Of a stretch of DNA of 64,000 nucleotides, positions 43,620 through 58,566 are shown one piece after another; within the stretch, counting starts at the first letter, position 1, and each line of letters starts with the position of its first letter. Under the pieces are notes generated by a model that did no database searches, was not told where the DNA came from, and saw nothing but the letters and a program-made list of their open reading frames with translations. Location of the stretch: NCBI RefSeq assembly GCF_048403405.1, contig NZ_CP183129.1; one strand, given 5' to 3'. The position numbers and the translations under genes are program-made. Source of the stretch: Escherichia coli (GTDB taxonomy: Bacteria; Pseudomonadota; Gammaproteobacteria; Enterobacterales; Enterobacteriaceae).

Positions 43620-44631
43620 GGCTACGCACTCCTTTAATCAGACTGATAAAGCGTTGCGACTGGACAATCAGCACGCAAAGCACCACCACCGCTTTCACCA
43701 CCTGGTTCATCTCCGGCGGAAAGCCCGAAAGCAAAATTCCGGTGTTCATCCCCTGAATAATCAGCGCCCCTACCACTGAGAGCAGCAGGTTAAAACGCCC
43801 GCCCATCAGCGATCCGCCGCCAATCACCACCGCGAGAATGGCGTCCAGCTCCAGCCATAATCCGGCGTTGTTGGCATCGGCACCGCGAATATCCGCCGCC
43901 ACGATAATGCCCGCAATCGCCGCACACAGCCCGCTCAACACGTAGGTGAGCATGACGATGAATCGCGTGTTGACTCCGGCATTTTTTGCCGCCCGAATGT
44001 TGATACCAACGGCTTCGATAAACATCCCCAGCGCCGTTTTGCGGGTCAACAGCCAGAACAGGAGAAGCGTCAGCAACGCGATAATGACCGGCGTTGGCAG
44101 GAACAATAGCGATCCGCTGCCAAACCATGAGAGATCCGGCGAGTTAAACGTGACGATCTGTCCGGAGGTGATCAGTTGCGCCACGCCGCGCCCGGCGACC
44201 ATCAGGATCAGGGTGGCAACAAACGGCTGAATTTTGAGGATCGCTACCAGTATGCCGTTCCACAATCCTGCCAGGATGCCAGTGCCCAGGGCGCTTAACA
44301 AAACAATCGGCAGGCTGAATCCCGCGACCGTCATCGCAGCCGTTGTGGCTCCGGCGATAGCCATCACCGCCCCTACGGAGAGATCAATCCCACCAGTGGC
44401 GATAACCAGCGTCATGCCAATCGCCAGTAGCGCAACGGGGGCCGCACGGTTAAGAATGTCGATAGGGCTACCGAACAAACGCCCATCCTGAAGCACCACC
44501 TGCCAGAAATGCGGGGCCACCAGGCTATCGACCAGCAGCACCAGCAACAGTGCCGCCAGCTGCGGCATTCCTGTTGGCCAGCGAAAACGCCTTTTCGGCG
44601 GCGTAGTGTCCGGGAGAGATTGAGGCATCAC
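43606..44631 (-). CDS. ytfT: Galactofuranose ABC transporter permease
   Basis: ORF 43606-44652; start uncertain, set at the GTG after an AAGGAG RBS (341 aa); the ATG at 44652 or at 44628 are alternatives. Confidence 0.8.
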   Translation of the reverse strand: MMPQSLPDTTPPKRRFRWPTGMPQLAALLLVLLVDSLVAPHFWQVVLQDGRLFGSPIDILNRAAPVALLAIGMTLVIATGGIDLSVGAVMAIAGATTAAMTVAGFSLPIVLLSALGTGILAGLWNGILVAILKIQPFVATLILMVAGRGVAQLITSGQIVTFNSPDLSWFGSGSLLFLPTPVIIALLTLLLFWLLTRKTALGMFIEAVGINIRAAKNAGVNTRFIVMLTYVLSGLCAAIAGIIVAADIRGADANNAGLWLELDAILAVVIGGGSLMGGRFNLLLSVVGALIIQGMNTGILLSGFPPEMNQVVKAVVVLCVLIVQSQRFISLIKGVRSRDKT

Positions 44632-44641
44632 ACTGTTCTCC

Positions 44642-46144
44642 TTACGCCGCAATGGCGTTCATGATCGCCGGAACGGAAAGCTCTGCCAGCGGGATCTCCG
44701 CCACCTGTTTGCGATCGCGCATGATAATCACCCGATCGGCATAGCCCACCAGCTCTTCCAGTTCGGAGGAGATCACCAGCAGCGCCAGACCATCAGCGCA
44801 CAGCGTTTCAATCAGGCGGATGATCTCGGCATGCGCACCAACATCAATGCCGCGGGTTGGCTCGTCGAGGATCAGAAATTGCGGTCGGGTCAGTAGCCAA
44901 CGTGAAAGCAACACTTTTTGCTGATTGCCGCCGGAGAGAAATTCAATCGGTTGTTCAGTTGAAGGTGTGCGAATGCCAAGCTGGCGGATAAAGCGTTGGG
45001 CAATCTCTTGCTGTTCTTTGCGGGAAATCGGTCGTAGCCAGCCGCGCTGGGCCTGGAGAGCGAGGATGATATTTTCCCGCACCGAGGCGGCGGCGATGAT
45101 GCCATCGGTTTTCCTGTCTTCCGGGCAGAAGCCGATACCCAGTACCGAAGCCTGATGTGGCGATCGCAGGGTTTGCTGTTTGCCTTTGATCAACGCCGTG
45201 CCGCTGTCAGCAGGTTTGATCCCGAAGATCACTTCGGCGGTTTCGGTACGTCCTGATCCCAGCAAGCCTGCCAGGCCAACGATCTCGCCGGGGCGTACTT
45301 CGAGATCAAACGGTGCGATCGTTCCTTTTTTGCCGTAATTTTTGAACGCGGCAACGGGTTTGTCGCTCAGCAATGTTCGTCCGGCACGCTGTAGCGCGTG
45401 GGTGTCCAGCTCACGCCCCAGCATCATTTTTACCAGTTCGATCTGCGGTAGCTCGCGGGTTTCCCGACAGCCTACGAAACTGCCGTTGCGTAAGACGGTG
45501 ATCCGATCGCTGACCTGATAGACCTGATCGAGAAAGTGAGTGACAAAGATCAGGCTGACGCCGCGATCGCGCAACTGACGCATCAGGCCAAACAGTAACT
45601 CTACTTCCTGAGTGTCGAGACTGGCAGTGGGTTCATCGAGGATCAGCACTTTGGCGGAGAGATCGATAGCCCGGCAAATGGCGACGATTTGCTGCATCGC
45701 GACTGAAAAGCGGTTGAGCGGTTCGCGCACGTCGAGGGAGAAACCGTAAGATGCCATCAGTTCGGTGGCGCGCTTTTCCATCTCTTTACGGCGTAGAAGG
45801 CCGAAACGTTTGGGTTCGCGACCTATGAATAGATTATCAGCGACCGACATATTGGGTAGCAGGTTGACTTCCTGATAGACGGTGCCGATGCCGAGTTGTT
45901 GTGCGTGGGCGGTATTTTTCGGTGAGATAGTCTGGCCTTCCAGCCAGATGGTGCCACGATCGGCGTGGTAGACACCGGTTAAGGCTTTGATTAGCGTTGA
46001 TTTTCCCGCCCCGTTTTCACCGAGCAGCGCCATGATTTCACCACGGCGCAGGCTGAAATTAACGTTATCTAACGCTTTGACGCCGGGGAAAAATTTACTT
46101 AATCCTTCGGTGCGGAGGATTTCCTGGTGTTGGTTAGTATTCAT
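44642..46144 (-). CDS. ytfR: Galactofuranose ABC transporter ATP-binding protein (duplicated ABC domains)
   Basis: ORF 44642-46204; start chosen at MNTNQHQEILRTEG (500 aa); Walker A GENGAGKST and second-domain GLLGSGRTE. Confidence 0.9.
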   Translation of the reverse strand: MNTNQHQEILRTEGLSKFFPGVKALDNVNFSLRRGEIMALLGENGAGKSTLIKALTGVYHADRGTIWLEGQTISPKNTAHAQQLGIGTVYQEVNLLPNMSVADNLFIGREPKRFGLLRRKEMEKRATELMASYGFSLDVREPLNRFSVAMQQIVAICRAIDLSAKVLILDEPTASLDTQEVELLFGLMRQLRDRGVSLIFVTHFLDQVYQVSDRITVLRNGSFVGCRETRELPQIELVKMMLGRELDTHALQRAGRTLLSDKPVAAFKNYGKKGTIAPFDLEVRPGEIVGLAGLLGSGRTETAEVIFGIKPADSGTALIKGKQQTLRSPHQASVLGIGFCPEDRKTDGIIAAASVRENIILALQAQRGWLRPISRKEQQEIAQRFIRQLGIRTPSTEQPIEFLSGGNQQKVLLSRWLLTRPQFLILDEPTRGIDVGAHAEIIRLIETLCADGLALLVISSELEELVGYADRVIIMRDRKQVAEIPLAELSVPAIMNAIAA

Positions 46145-46189
46145 AGTTTCCCCCGGTGAAAAGCGTGCGCCCGGTAAGCCAGATAAGAC

Positions 46190-46285
46190 ACAACAGCGTC
46201 GCATCAGGCATCTCGCACAATCGCCGGATGCGGCATAAACACCTTATCCGGCGGCGTACAAGTCGGCATCAGGCATTGATGCCCC
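46190..46285. repeat. REP elements between ytfR and ytfQ
   Basis: CGCCGGATGCGGCATAAACACCTTATCCGGCGGCGTACA and CGGCATCAGGCATTGATGCC. Confidence 0.8.
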
Positions 46286-47242
46286 TCAATACCCCATATT
46301 TTTCTTTTTCTCTAACTCTTCTTTTGCGGTATCAGGCAGATAAAGGGTGGATTTGGTCAGTGTTAGCTTTTCAGGCATGGTGCCGTCTTTTTTGTATTTC
46401 TCCAGCGCGTCGAAAGCAGGACCTGCCATGTTCGGCGTCAGTTCAACACTGGCGTTCGCTTCGCCATCAATCATCGCTTTGTAGATATCCGGTACGCCAT
46501 CAATGGAACCCGTGAGGATATCTTTACCCGGCTTCAGGCCCGCTTCTTTAATTGCCTGAATTGCGCCAATCACCATGTCATCGTTATGGGCGTAAACCAT
46601 GCAGATGTTTTTGCCGTTGTTTTCTGCTTTGATAAAGCTCTCCATCACTTCTTTGCCTTTGCTGCGGGTGAAGTCACCTGACTGCGAGCGGATAATTTTG
46701 ATATTTGGCGCATTCTTAATGGCTTCGGCAAAGCCTTTCTTACGGTCAATGGCGACGCTGGCCCCAACGGTGCCCTGCAGCTCCACCACGTTGCATGGTT
46801 TGCCATTCACTTCTTTTACCAGCCAGTCACCAATCAACTTGCCTTCGAGGATGTTGTCGGCGGTGACAGTGGTCATATAGAGAGATTTGTCTTTCACATC
46901 GATGGAACGGTCAAGCAAGAAGACCGGGATTTCGGCATCTTTCGCCTCTTTTAATACCGGCTCCCAACCGGTCGCTACCACTGGAGCGATAAAGATCGCA
47001 TCCACCCCTTGCGCGACGAAGGAACGTACCGCTTTAATCTGGTTTTCCTGCTTTTGCTGACCATCGGCAATTTTCAACGTAATTCCGCGCTTTTCGGCTT
47101 CACTTTTCGCCACATTGGTTTCTGCGGCGCGCCAGCCGGATTCCGATCCGACCTGCGAAAATCCAACGGTTAATGGAGCGGCCAACGCCATAGACGACAT
47201 GGCTGCCGAGACTGCAGAGACTACAAGTAAGCGTTTCCACAT
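46286..47242 (-). CDS. ytfQ: Galactofuranose-binding periplasmic protein of the ABC transporter
   Basis: 318-aa ORF with an N-terminal signal peptide (MWKRLLVVSAVSAAMSSMALA). Confidence 0.9.
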   Translation of the reverse strand: MWKRLLVVSAVSAAMSSMALAAPLTVGFSQVGSESGWRAAETNVAKSEAEKRGITLKIADGQQKQENQIKAVRSFVAQGVDAIFIAPVVATGWEPVLKEAKDAEIPVFLLDRSIDVKDKSLYMTTVTADNILEGKLIGDWLVKEVNGKPCNVVELQGTVGASVAIDRKKGFAEAIKNAPNIKIIRSQSGDFTRSKGKEVMESFIKAENNGKNICMVYAHNDDMVIGAIQAIKEAGLKPGKDILTGSIDGVPDIYKAMIDGEANASVELTPNMAGPAFDALEKYKKDGTMPEKLTLTKSTLYLPDTAKEELEKKKNMGY

Positions 47243-47312
47243 AGGGTTGTCCTCGTCGGGGTAATTATTATTGGTGAAAAGATGTTCGCGAAAAAACTAT
47301 AGACAATTCGTT

Positions 47313-47333
47313 ATGTAACGGATTGCGTTACAT
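47313..47333. promoter_or_regulatory. Palindromic candidate operator in the ytfQ-ppa divergent promoter region
   Basis: ATGTAACG-GATTG-CGTTACAT, perfect 8-bp arms around a 5-bp spacer. Confidence 0.4.
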
Positions 47334-47551
47334 CACACTTCAAAAAAGTAAATAAAACGTTAATCACAAGTTTGTAATCGCTTTCATCTCACTATGAAAA
47401 ATGCGGCTACGGTTATGGATTTTCCTGCTCTTTAAACCATCTTAAAACTGGCTAAAAAGGAAAATGAAGAAGAAAACAAGCGAAGACATTCGGCGCGAGT
47501 TGGCTATAATACTCGGCACTTGTTTGCCACATATTTTTAAAGGAAACAGAC

Positions 47552-48082
47552 ATGAGCTTACTCAACGTCCCTGCGGGTAAAGATCTGCCGGAAGACATCT
47601 ACGTTGTTATTGAGATCCCGGCTAACGCAGATCCGATCAAATACGAAATCGACAAAGAGAGCGGCGCACTGTTCGTTGACCGCTTCATGTCCACCGCGAT
47701 GTTCTATCCGTGCAACTACGGTTACATCAACCACACCCTGTCTCTGGACGGTGACCCGGTTGACGTACTGGTCCCGACTCCGTACCCGCTGCAGCCGGGT
47801 TCTGTGATCCGTTGCCGTCCTGTTGGCGTTCTGAAAATGACCGACGAAGCCGGTGAAGATGCGAAACTGGTTGCGGTTCCGCACAGCAAGCTGAGCAAAG
47901 AATACGATCACATTAAAGACGTTAACGATCTGCCTGAACTGCTGAAAGCACAGATCGCTCACTTCTTCGAGCACTACAAAGACCTCGAAAAAGGCAAGTG
48001 GGTGAAAGTTGAAGGCTGGGAAAACGCAGAAGCCGCTAAAGCTGAAATCGTTGCCTCCTTCGAGCGCGCAAAGAATAAATAA
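47552..48082 (+). CDS. ppa: Inorganic pyrophosphatase
   Basis: 176-aa ORF; consensus -10 TATAAT about 45 bp upstream. Confidence 0.95.
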   Translation: MSLLNVPAGKDLPEDIYVVIEIPANADPIKYEIDKESGALFVDRFMSTAMFYPCNYGYINHTLSLDGDPVDVLVPTPYPLQPGSVIRCRPVGVLKMTDEAGEDAKLVAVPHSKLSKEYDHIKDVNDLPELLKAQIAHFFEHYKDLEKGKWVKVEGWENAEAAKAEIVASFERAKNK

Positions 48083-48160
48083 GTTCTTCTAGCGTAATAA
48101 CCCTGAACGCCGGGCTTCGGTTAGTAGGGGTTTTTTATGCCCGCGATAAATAAACACACC

Positions 48161-48511
48161 TTATTCCACCACCGCCTGCAAACGTAATAACGCCTCTTCC
48201 ACCACCTCACCCGCAGCCAGACCAATACGCTTTGCCAGCCGGGCGCGTAGATCCATCATCCGCACCTGATTCACCAGCACCACGCCGTGTACATCGCCTT
48301 CTTCGCAATGTAAAGGAACGCTAAATCCGGCATAACGGGCAAAATTTCCGCCCTGCGTAATGGGGGCCACCAGCGTCATTCCCAGTTGATTAAAGGCTTG
48401 AACGGAGAGCACAAGCGCAGGTCGACCAGCACCTTGCTGTTCATGGCCGCTTGCTGGATCAAAGCCAACCAGCACAATGTCTCCCCGTTCAAATTCACTT
48501 TTCTTTACCAT
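48161..48511 (-). CDS. chpB: Toxin ChpB (MazF/PemK-family endoribonuclease)
   Basis: 116-aa ORF starting MVKKSEFERGDIVLVGFDPASGHEQ; overlaps the upstream antitoxin gene. Confidence 0.9.
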   Translation of the reverse strand: MVKKSEFERGDIVLVGFDPASGHEQQGAGRPALVLSVQAFNQLGMTLVAPITQGGNFARYAGFSVPLHCEEGDVHGVVLVNQVRMMDLRARLAKRIGLAAGEVVEEALLRLQAVVE

Positions 48512-48756
48512 ATTTCGTCACCCGCAGGGGTGGATTTACCCCAGACATCCTGCTCGCTAAGTTCCGTGGCGTTCATGTCACACTGTGCCAGCAGTTCATC
48601 AAGCGAGTAGCGCCTGGAGATGGGTGTCAGAATCAGTTGATTGTTGCTCACTTGCGCCTCCACGCTCTGCCCCGGCCGTAAGTTAAGTTCTTTCATCACA
48701 ACATTAGGAATGACCATACCTGAACTGTTCCCCCATTTTTTTATGGTAATACGCAT
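48505..48756 (-). CDS. chpS: Antitoxin ChpS (PemI/MazE-like)
   Basis: ORF 48505-48762; start chosen at MRITIKKWGNS (83 aa). Confidence 0.85.
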   Translation of the reverse strand: MRITIKKWGNSSGMVIPNVVMKELNLRPGQSVEAQVSNNQLILTPISRRYSLDELLAQCDMNATELSEQDVWGKSTPAGDEIW

Positions 48757-48770
48757 CTGCACCTCCTTAA

Positions 48771-48787
48771 GTTATACAAAGTATAAC
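48771..48787. promoter_or_regulatory. Candidate autoregulatory operator of chpSB
   Basis: GTTATAC-AAA-GTATAAC, perfect 7-bp inverted repeat about 15 bp upstream of the chpS start codon. Confidence 0.55.
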
Positions 48788-48928
48788 TCACGGTGCTACA
48801 GGAAACGTTTTACCCCTGCGCATTTGTGAACGCCAGCAGAGTTTTTTATGCGTTAACAGATATGGAAAGCGGCTCGGAGAGAAAAGCAAAAGGTGAGGGA
48901 ATTACAAAACAGAATGCGAGTCGTCTCG

Positions 48929-48956
48929 CAAAAAACAACGCCACCCGAAGGTGGCG
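48929..48956 (-). terminator. Intrinsic terminator downstream of ytfP (end of the tamA-tamB-ytfP transcript)
   Basis: Minus strand reads CGCCACC-TTCG-GGTGGCG followed by TTGTTTTTTG. Confidence 0.7.
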
Positions 48957-48967
48957 TATGCGTATGG

Positions 48968-49309
48968 TTACTTATCCCTGTCTAACCAGTCGCCGCTTTC
49001 AATTAGCTTTAATCCATCGACGGGTCGTTGATAAACGTACATCCATGCACTCCCGTACGGCGTCTGAATCAACTGGCGCGCGTATTCACCGCCCCTGGTG
49101 CGCAAGGCATCAAGTTCGGCCAGCGTGGCGTTGTCAATACGATAAACTTCACCGTGTACTGTTCCGTTCCCCGGAACTGCGCCTGGATAGTGGCCCAGGC
49201 TATACAACTGGTAGTTATCGATACTGAAATCGCCCAGTAACTGGGCATTGGTCATCCAGTGACTGTTGCCTTGTTTGTGGCGTAAACTGCCGTAGACAAA
49301 TATTCGCAT
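48968..49309 (-). CDS. ytfP: Gamma-glutamylcyclotransferase-like protein
   Basis: 113-aa ORF beginning MRIFVYGSLRHKQGNSHWM (GGCT-like YGSL motif); 2 nt downstream of tamB. Confidence 0.85.
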   Translation of the reverse strand: MRIFVYGSLRHKQGNSHWMTNAQLLGDFSIDNYQLYSLGHYPGAVPGNGTVHGEVYRIDNATLAELDALRTRGGEYARQLIQTPYGSAWMYVYQRPVDGLKLIESGDWLDRDK

Positions 49310-49311
49310 TG

Positions 49312-54863
<5,552 letters not shown>

Positions 54864-55026
54864 TTAAACGGCTTAACAAAAATCCAGTAATATGGATTAA
54901 AAAGCAGACTAAACCCCAAATATTTCTTATGTTTTACTTTAGACCTATTCACAGCGGTTATTGTGTGCAAATACGCCTCTTGTTACAACCTTAACCCCAA
55001 TGACCGATTTTCGGGAGAGCGACACC

Positions 55027-55665
55027 ATGAGTTTATTTGATAAAAAGCATCTGGTTTCCCCCGCCGATGCCCTGCCTGGACGTAACACCCCGATGCCCGT
55101 AGCCACACTGCATGCGGTCAACGGTCACTCAATGACCAATGTACCTGACGGAATGGAGATTGCCATTTTTGCGATGGGTTGTTTCTGGGGTGTGGAGCGA
55201 CTGTTCTGGCAGTTACCCGGCGTTTACAGCACCGCCGCAGGCTATACCGGCGGCTATACGCCAAATCCGACTTATCGGGAAGTGTGTTCCGGTGATACTG
55301 GTCATGCCGAAGCGGTACGCATTGTTTACGATCCTTCCGTCATCAGCTATGAGCAGTTGCTACAGGTATTTTGGGAGAATCACGATCCCGCCCAGGGAAT
55401 GCGTCAGGGCAATGACCACGGCACGCAGTATCGTTCAGCGATTTATCCGCTGACCCCAGAACAGGATGCCGCAGCTCGCGCCAGTCTGGAACGTTTTCAG
55501 GCGGCGATGCTTGCCACCGATGACGATCGTCGCATCACCACGGAAATCGCGAACGCCACACCGTTTTATTATGCCGAAGATGACCACCAGCAATATCTGC
55601 ATAAAAACCCGTATGGTTACTGTGGAATTGGCGGAATTGGCGTCTGTCTGCCGCCGGAAGCATAG
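55027..55665 (+). CDS. msrA: Peptide methionine sulfoxide reductase A
   Basis: ORF 54961-55665; start chosen at [11 protein letters not shown] (212 aa); active-site motif GCFWG. Confidence 0.9.
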   Translation: MSLFDKKHLVSPADALPGRNTPMPVATLHAVNGHSMTNVPDGMEIAIFAMGCFWGVERLFWQLPGVYSTAAGYTGGYTPNPTYREVCSGDTGHAEAVRIVYDPSVISYEQLLQVFWENHDPAQGMRQGNDHGTQYRSAIYPLTPEQDAAARASLERFQAAMLATDDDRRITTEIANATPFYYAEDDHQQYLHKNPYGYCGIGGIGVCLPPEA

Positions 55666-55710
55666 CGTTACGGGTACAAATGTAGATTGTTGATAAAGTG
55701 CTATTTGTCT

Positions 55711-55810
55711 ATGCCGGATGCGGCGTAAACGCCTTGCCAGGCCTACAAAATCGTCCAAAATCAATATATTGTGGGGACTGCGTAGGCCTGATCGGCATAG
55801 CGCATCAGCC
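55711..55810. repeat. REP/BIME elements between msrA and ytfL
   Basis: ATGCCGGATGCGGCGTAAACGCCTTGCCAGGCCTAC and the inverted copy GTAGGCCTGATCGGCATAGCGCATCAGCC. Confidence 0.85.
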
Positions 55811-55987
55811 AGTTTTTCATTTATCAGCAGTCTGAATTTTAACCCTCTGGCGGCTTTACAGTACCTTACGCTATACTAGCCACTGAAAATGCCGGTTCAC
55901 TTTCTTCGAATCGGCTTTCAATGTGTATTTCACACAAATTAATCAACTTCCCCTTCCGAGGATCTGGCCTGAAAGGTCGGATAAGAT

Positions 55988-57331
55988 ATGTTAAACAGTA
56001 TTTTAGTCATACTCTGCTTGATCGCTGTAAGTGCGTTCTTCTCGATGTCTGAGATCTCACTTGCCGCCTCACGCAAAATCAAACTTAAACTGCTGGCTGA
56101 TGAAGGCAATATAAATGCCCAACGCGTTCTGAATATGCAGGAAAATCCCGGCATGTTCTTTACCGTGGTCCAAATCGGTCTGAACGCAGTGGCGATTCTC
56201 GGCGGTATCGTCGGTGATGCGGCATTTTCTCCAGCTTTTCACAGCCTGTTCTCCCGCTATATGTCGGCAGAACTCTCTGAGCAACTGAGCTTTATTCTCT
56301 CTTTCTCGTTAGTGACTGGCATGTTTATCCTGTTTGCGGATTTAACCCCGAAACGCATCGGTATGATTGCGCCAGAAGCAGTGGCTTTGCGTATCATCAA
56401 CCCGATGCGCTTCTGCCTGTACGTTTGCACCCCGCTGGTGTGGTTCTTCAACGGCCTGGCGAACATGATCTTCCGTATTTTCAAACTGCCAATGGTACGT
56501 AAAGATGACATCACTTCTGATGACATCTACGCGGTAGTGGAAGCCGGTGCGCTGGCGGGCGTGTTACGTAAACAGGAACACGAGCTGATTGAAAACGTCT
56601 TTGAGCTGGAATCCCGTACCGTTCCGTCGTCAATGACACCGCGTGAAAACGTGATTTGGTTTGATCTCCACGAAGATGAGCAAAGTCTGAAGAATAAGGT
56701 GGCGGAACATCCGCACTCTAAGTTCCTCGTCTGTAATGAAGATATTGACCACATCATCGGCTATGTCGATTCTAAAGACCTGCTGAACCGCGTGCTGGCT
56801 AACCAAAGCCTGGCACTGAACAGCGGCGTACAAATTCGCAACACGCTGATTGTGCCGGATACGTTAACCCTTTCAGAGGCGTTGGAAAGTTTTAAAACCG
56901 CAGGTGAAGACTTCGCGGTGATCATGAACGAGTACGCGCTGGTGGTGGGGATCATCACCCTCAACGACGTGATGACCACGCTGATGGGCGATCTGGTCGG
57001 TCAGGGGCTGGAAGAGCAGATTGTCGCCCGTGATGAGAACTCATGGCTGATTGACGGCGGCACTCCGATTGACGACGTCATGCGCGTGCTGGATATTGAC
57101 GAGTTCCCGCAGTCGGGCAACTACGAAACCATCGGCGGCTTTATGATGTTTATGCTGCGTAAGATCCCGAAACGCACCGATTCGGTGAAATTCGCCGGCT
57201 ACAAATTTGAAGTGGTGGATATCGATAACTACCGCATCGACCAGCTGCTGGTGACCCGGATCGACAGCAAGGCCACCGCCCTTTCGCCAAAACTGCCTGA
57301 CGCTAAAGATAAAGAAGAAAGCGTCGCGTAA
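55988..57331 (+). CDS. ytfL: CNNM/CorC-family membrane protein (DUF21 + CBS pair + CorC/HlyC domain)
   Basis: 447-aa ORF with an N-terminal membrane domain and soluble C-terminal half. Confidence 0.85.
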   Translation: MLNSILVILCLIAVSAFFSMSEISLAASRKIKLKLLADEGNINAQRVLNMQENPGMFFTVVQIGLNAVAILGGIVGDAAFSPAFHSLFSRYMSAELSEQLSFILSFSLVTGMFILFADLTPKRIGMIAPEAVALRIINPMRFCLYVCTPLVWFFNGLANMIFRIFKLPMVRKDDITSDDIYAVVEAGALAGVLRKQEHELIENVFELESRTVPSSMTPRENVIWFDLHEDEQSLKNKVAEHPHSKFLVCNEDIDHIIGYVDSKDLLNRVLANQSLALNSGVQIRNTLIVPDTLTLSEALESFKTAGEDFAVIMNEYALVVGIITLNDVMTTLMGDLVGQGLEEQIVARDENSWLIDGGTPIDDVMRVLDIDEFPQSGNYETIGGFMMFMLRKIPKRTDSVKFAGYKFEVVDIDNYRIDQLLVTRIDSKATALSPKLPDAKDKEESVA

Positions 57332-57346
57332 CCCCCAGAAACATCA

Positions 57347-57376
57347 ACGGCTCCTGAATCAGGAGCCGTCTTATTA
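57347..57376. terminator. Bidirectional intrinsic terminator between convergent ytfL and ytfK
   Basis: ACGGCTCCTGA-ATC-AGGAGCCGT hairpin followed by CTTATT. Confidence 0.7.
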
Positions 57377-57392
57377 CTGCATAGCACTTTGG

Positions 57393-57599
57393 TTAAGCCA
57401 TCTCTGTTTGCAGACGCATAACCTGACGGTTAACTTCGGACATCACTGACAAATGCAGCTTATCCTTCACTTTTGGGATAAGAATCTTACCCTTATCAAA
57501 TTCAAAAGCGCCAACGTCCTTGATGTATAACCGTCCACGGAACAGGATCTTTACGTACTTCGCCACCTGAAGTGGGTTGTACCGTTGGAAAATTTTCAT
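57393..57599 (-). CDS. ytfK: Small protein YtfK (DUF1107)
   Basis: ORF 57393-57665; start chosen at [16 protein letters not shown] (68 aa). Confidence 0.75.
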
Positions 57600-57923
57600 T
57601 GTTATCTCCTGCTGAGTATTACGCCTGTGCGGTGCCACAATCGGCCCAACTATTATGAGGCGCAAATTTTAATGCTTAGTGACTATAGACTATCCGGGCA
57701 ATGTTTCCACCGCGTATAACTTTTTTTACCTAAAGGTTACAATTATTCAGAATTATCTTTTTACCGAAGCGCGGTCTTCAGTATAAGCATTCATTTTTCA
57801 TATGATTTGTGCGCTTGACCGCAAACTGGCATCACACTTGCGGGAAATTCGATAAATAGCACATATGATTAAAACTCAGACCCAAGTGGTCGGATCACCT
57901 GCATATCATAAGAAGGAAACACC

Positions 57924-58478
57924 ATGACCCTACGCAAGATTCTGGCACTCACCTGCCTGCTGTTGCCGATGATGGCTTCCGCACATCAGTTCGAAACCGG
58001 TCAGCGAGTGCCGCCGATTGGCATTACCGATCGTGGCGAGTTGGTGCTTGATAAAGATCAGTTTAGCTACAAAACCTGGAACAGCGCGCAGTTAGTGGGA
58101 AAAGTGCGAGTACTGCAACATATTGCTGGTCGCACCTCTGCAAAAGAGAAAAACGCGACGCTGATTGAAGCGATTAAATCAGCAAAGTTACCGCACGATC
58201 GTTACCAGACCACCACCATTGTTAACACCGACGACGCAATTCCGGGTTCCGGCATGTTTGTGCGCAGCAGTCTGGAAAGTAATAAAAAGCTTTATCCCTG
58301 GTCGCAGTTTATTGTCGATAGCAATGGCGTCGCGCGCGGTGCCTGGCAGCTGGATGAAGAAAGTTCCGCTGTAGTGGTGCTGGATAAAGACGGTCGCGTG
58401 CAATGGGCCAAAGACGGGGCGCTCACACAGGAAGAGGTGCAGCAAGTGATGGACCTGCTGCAAAAGTTGCTCAAATAA
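57924..58478 (+). CDS. ytfJ: Periplasmic protein YtfJ
   Basis: 184-aa ORF with an N-terminal signal peptide (MTLRKILALTCLLLPMMASA). Confidence 0.85.
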   Translation: MTLRKILALTCLLLPMMASAHQFETGQRVPPIGITDRGELVLDKDQFSYKTWNSAQLVGKVRVLQHIAGRTSAKEKNATLIEAIKSAKLPHDRYQTTTIVNTDDAIPGSGMFVRSSLESNKKLYPWSQFIVDSNGVARGAWQLDEESSAVVVLDKDGRVQWAKDGALTQEEVQQVMDLLQKLLK

Positions 58479-58566
58479 TGGCAATAACATAAATTCTGCA
58501 AAATAATTTTCCCCTATCGTTATCTATGGGATAGGGGAATTAAGCCTCTGAGTTCTTACGCCGAAC

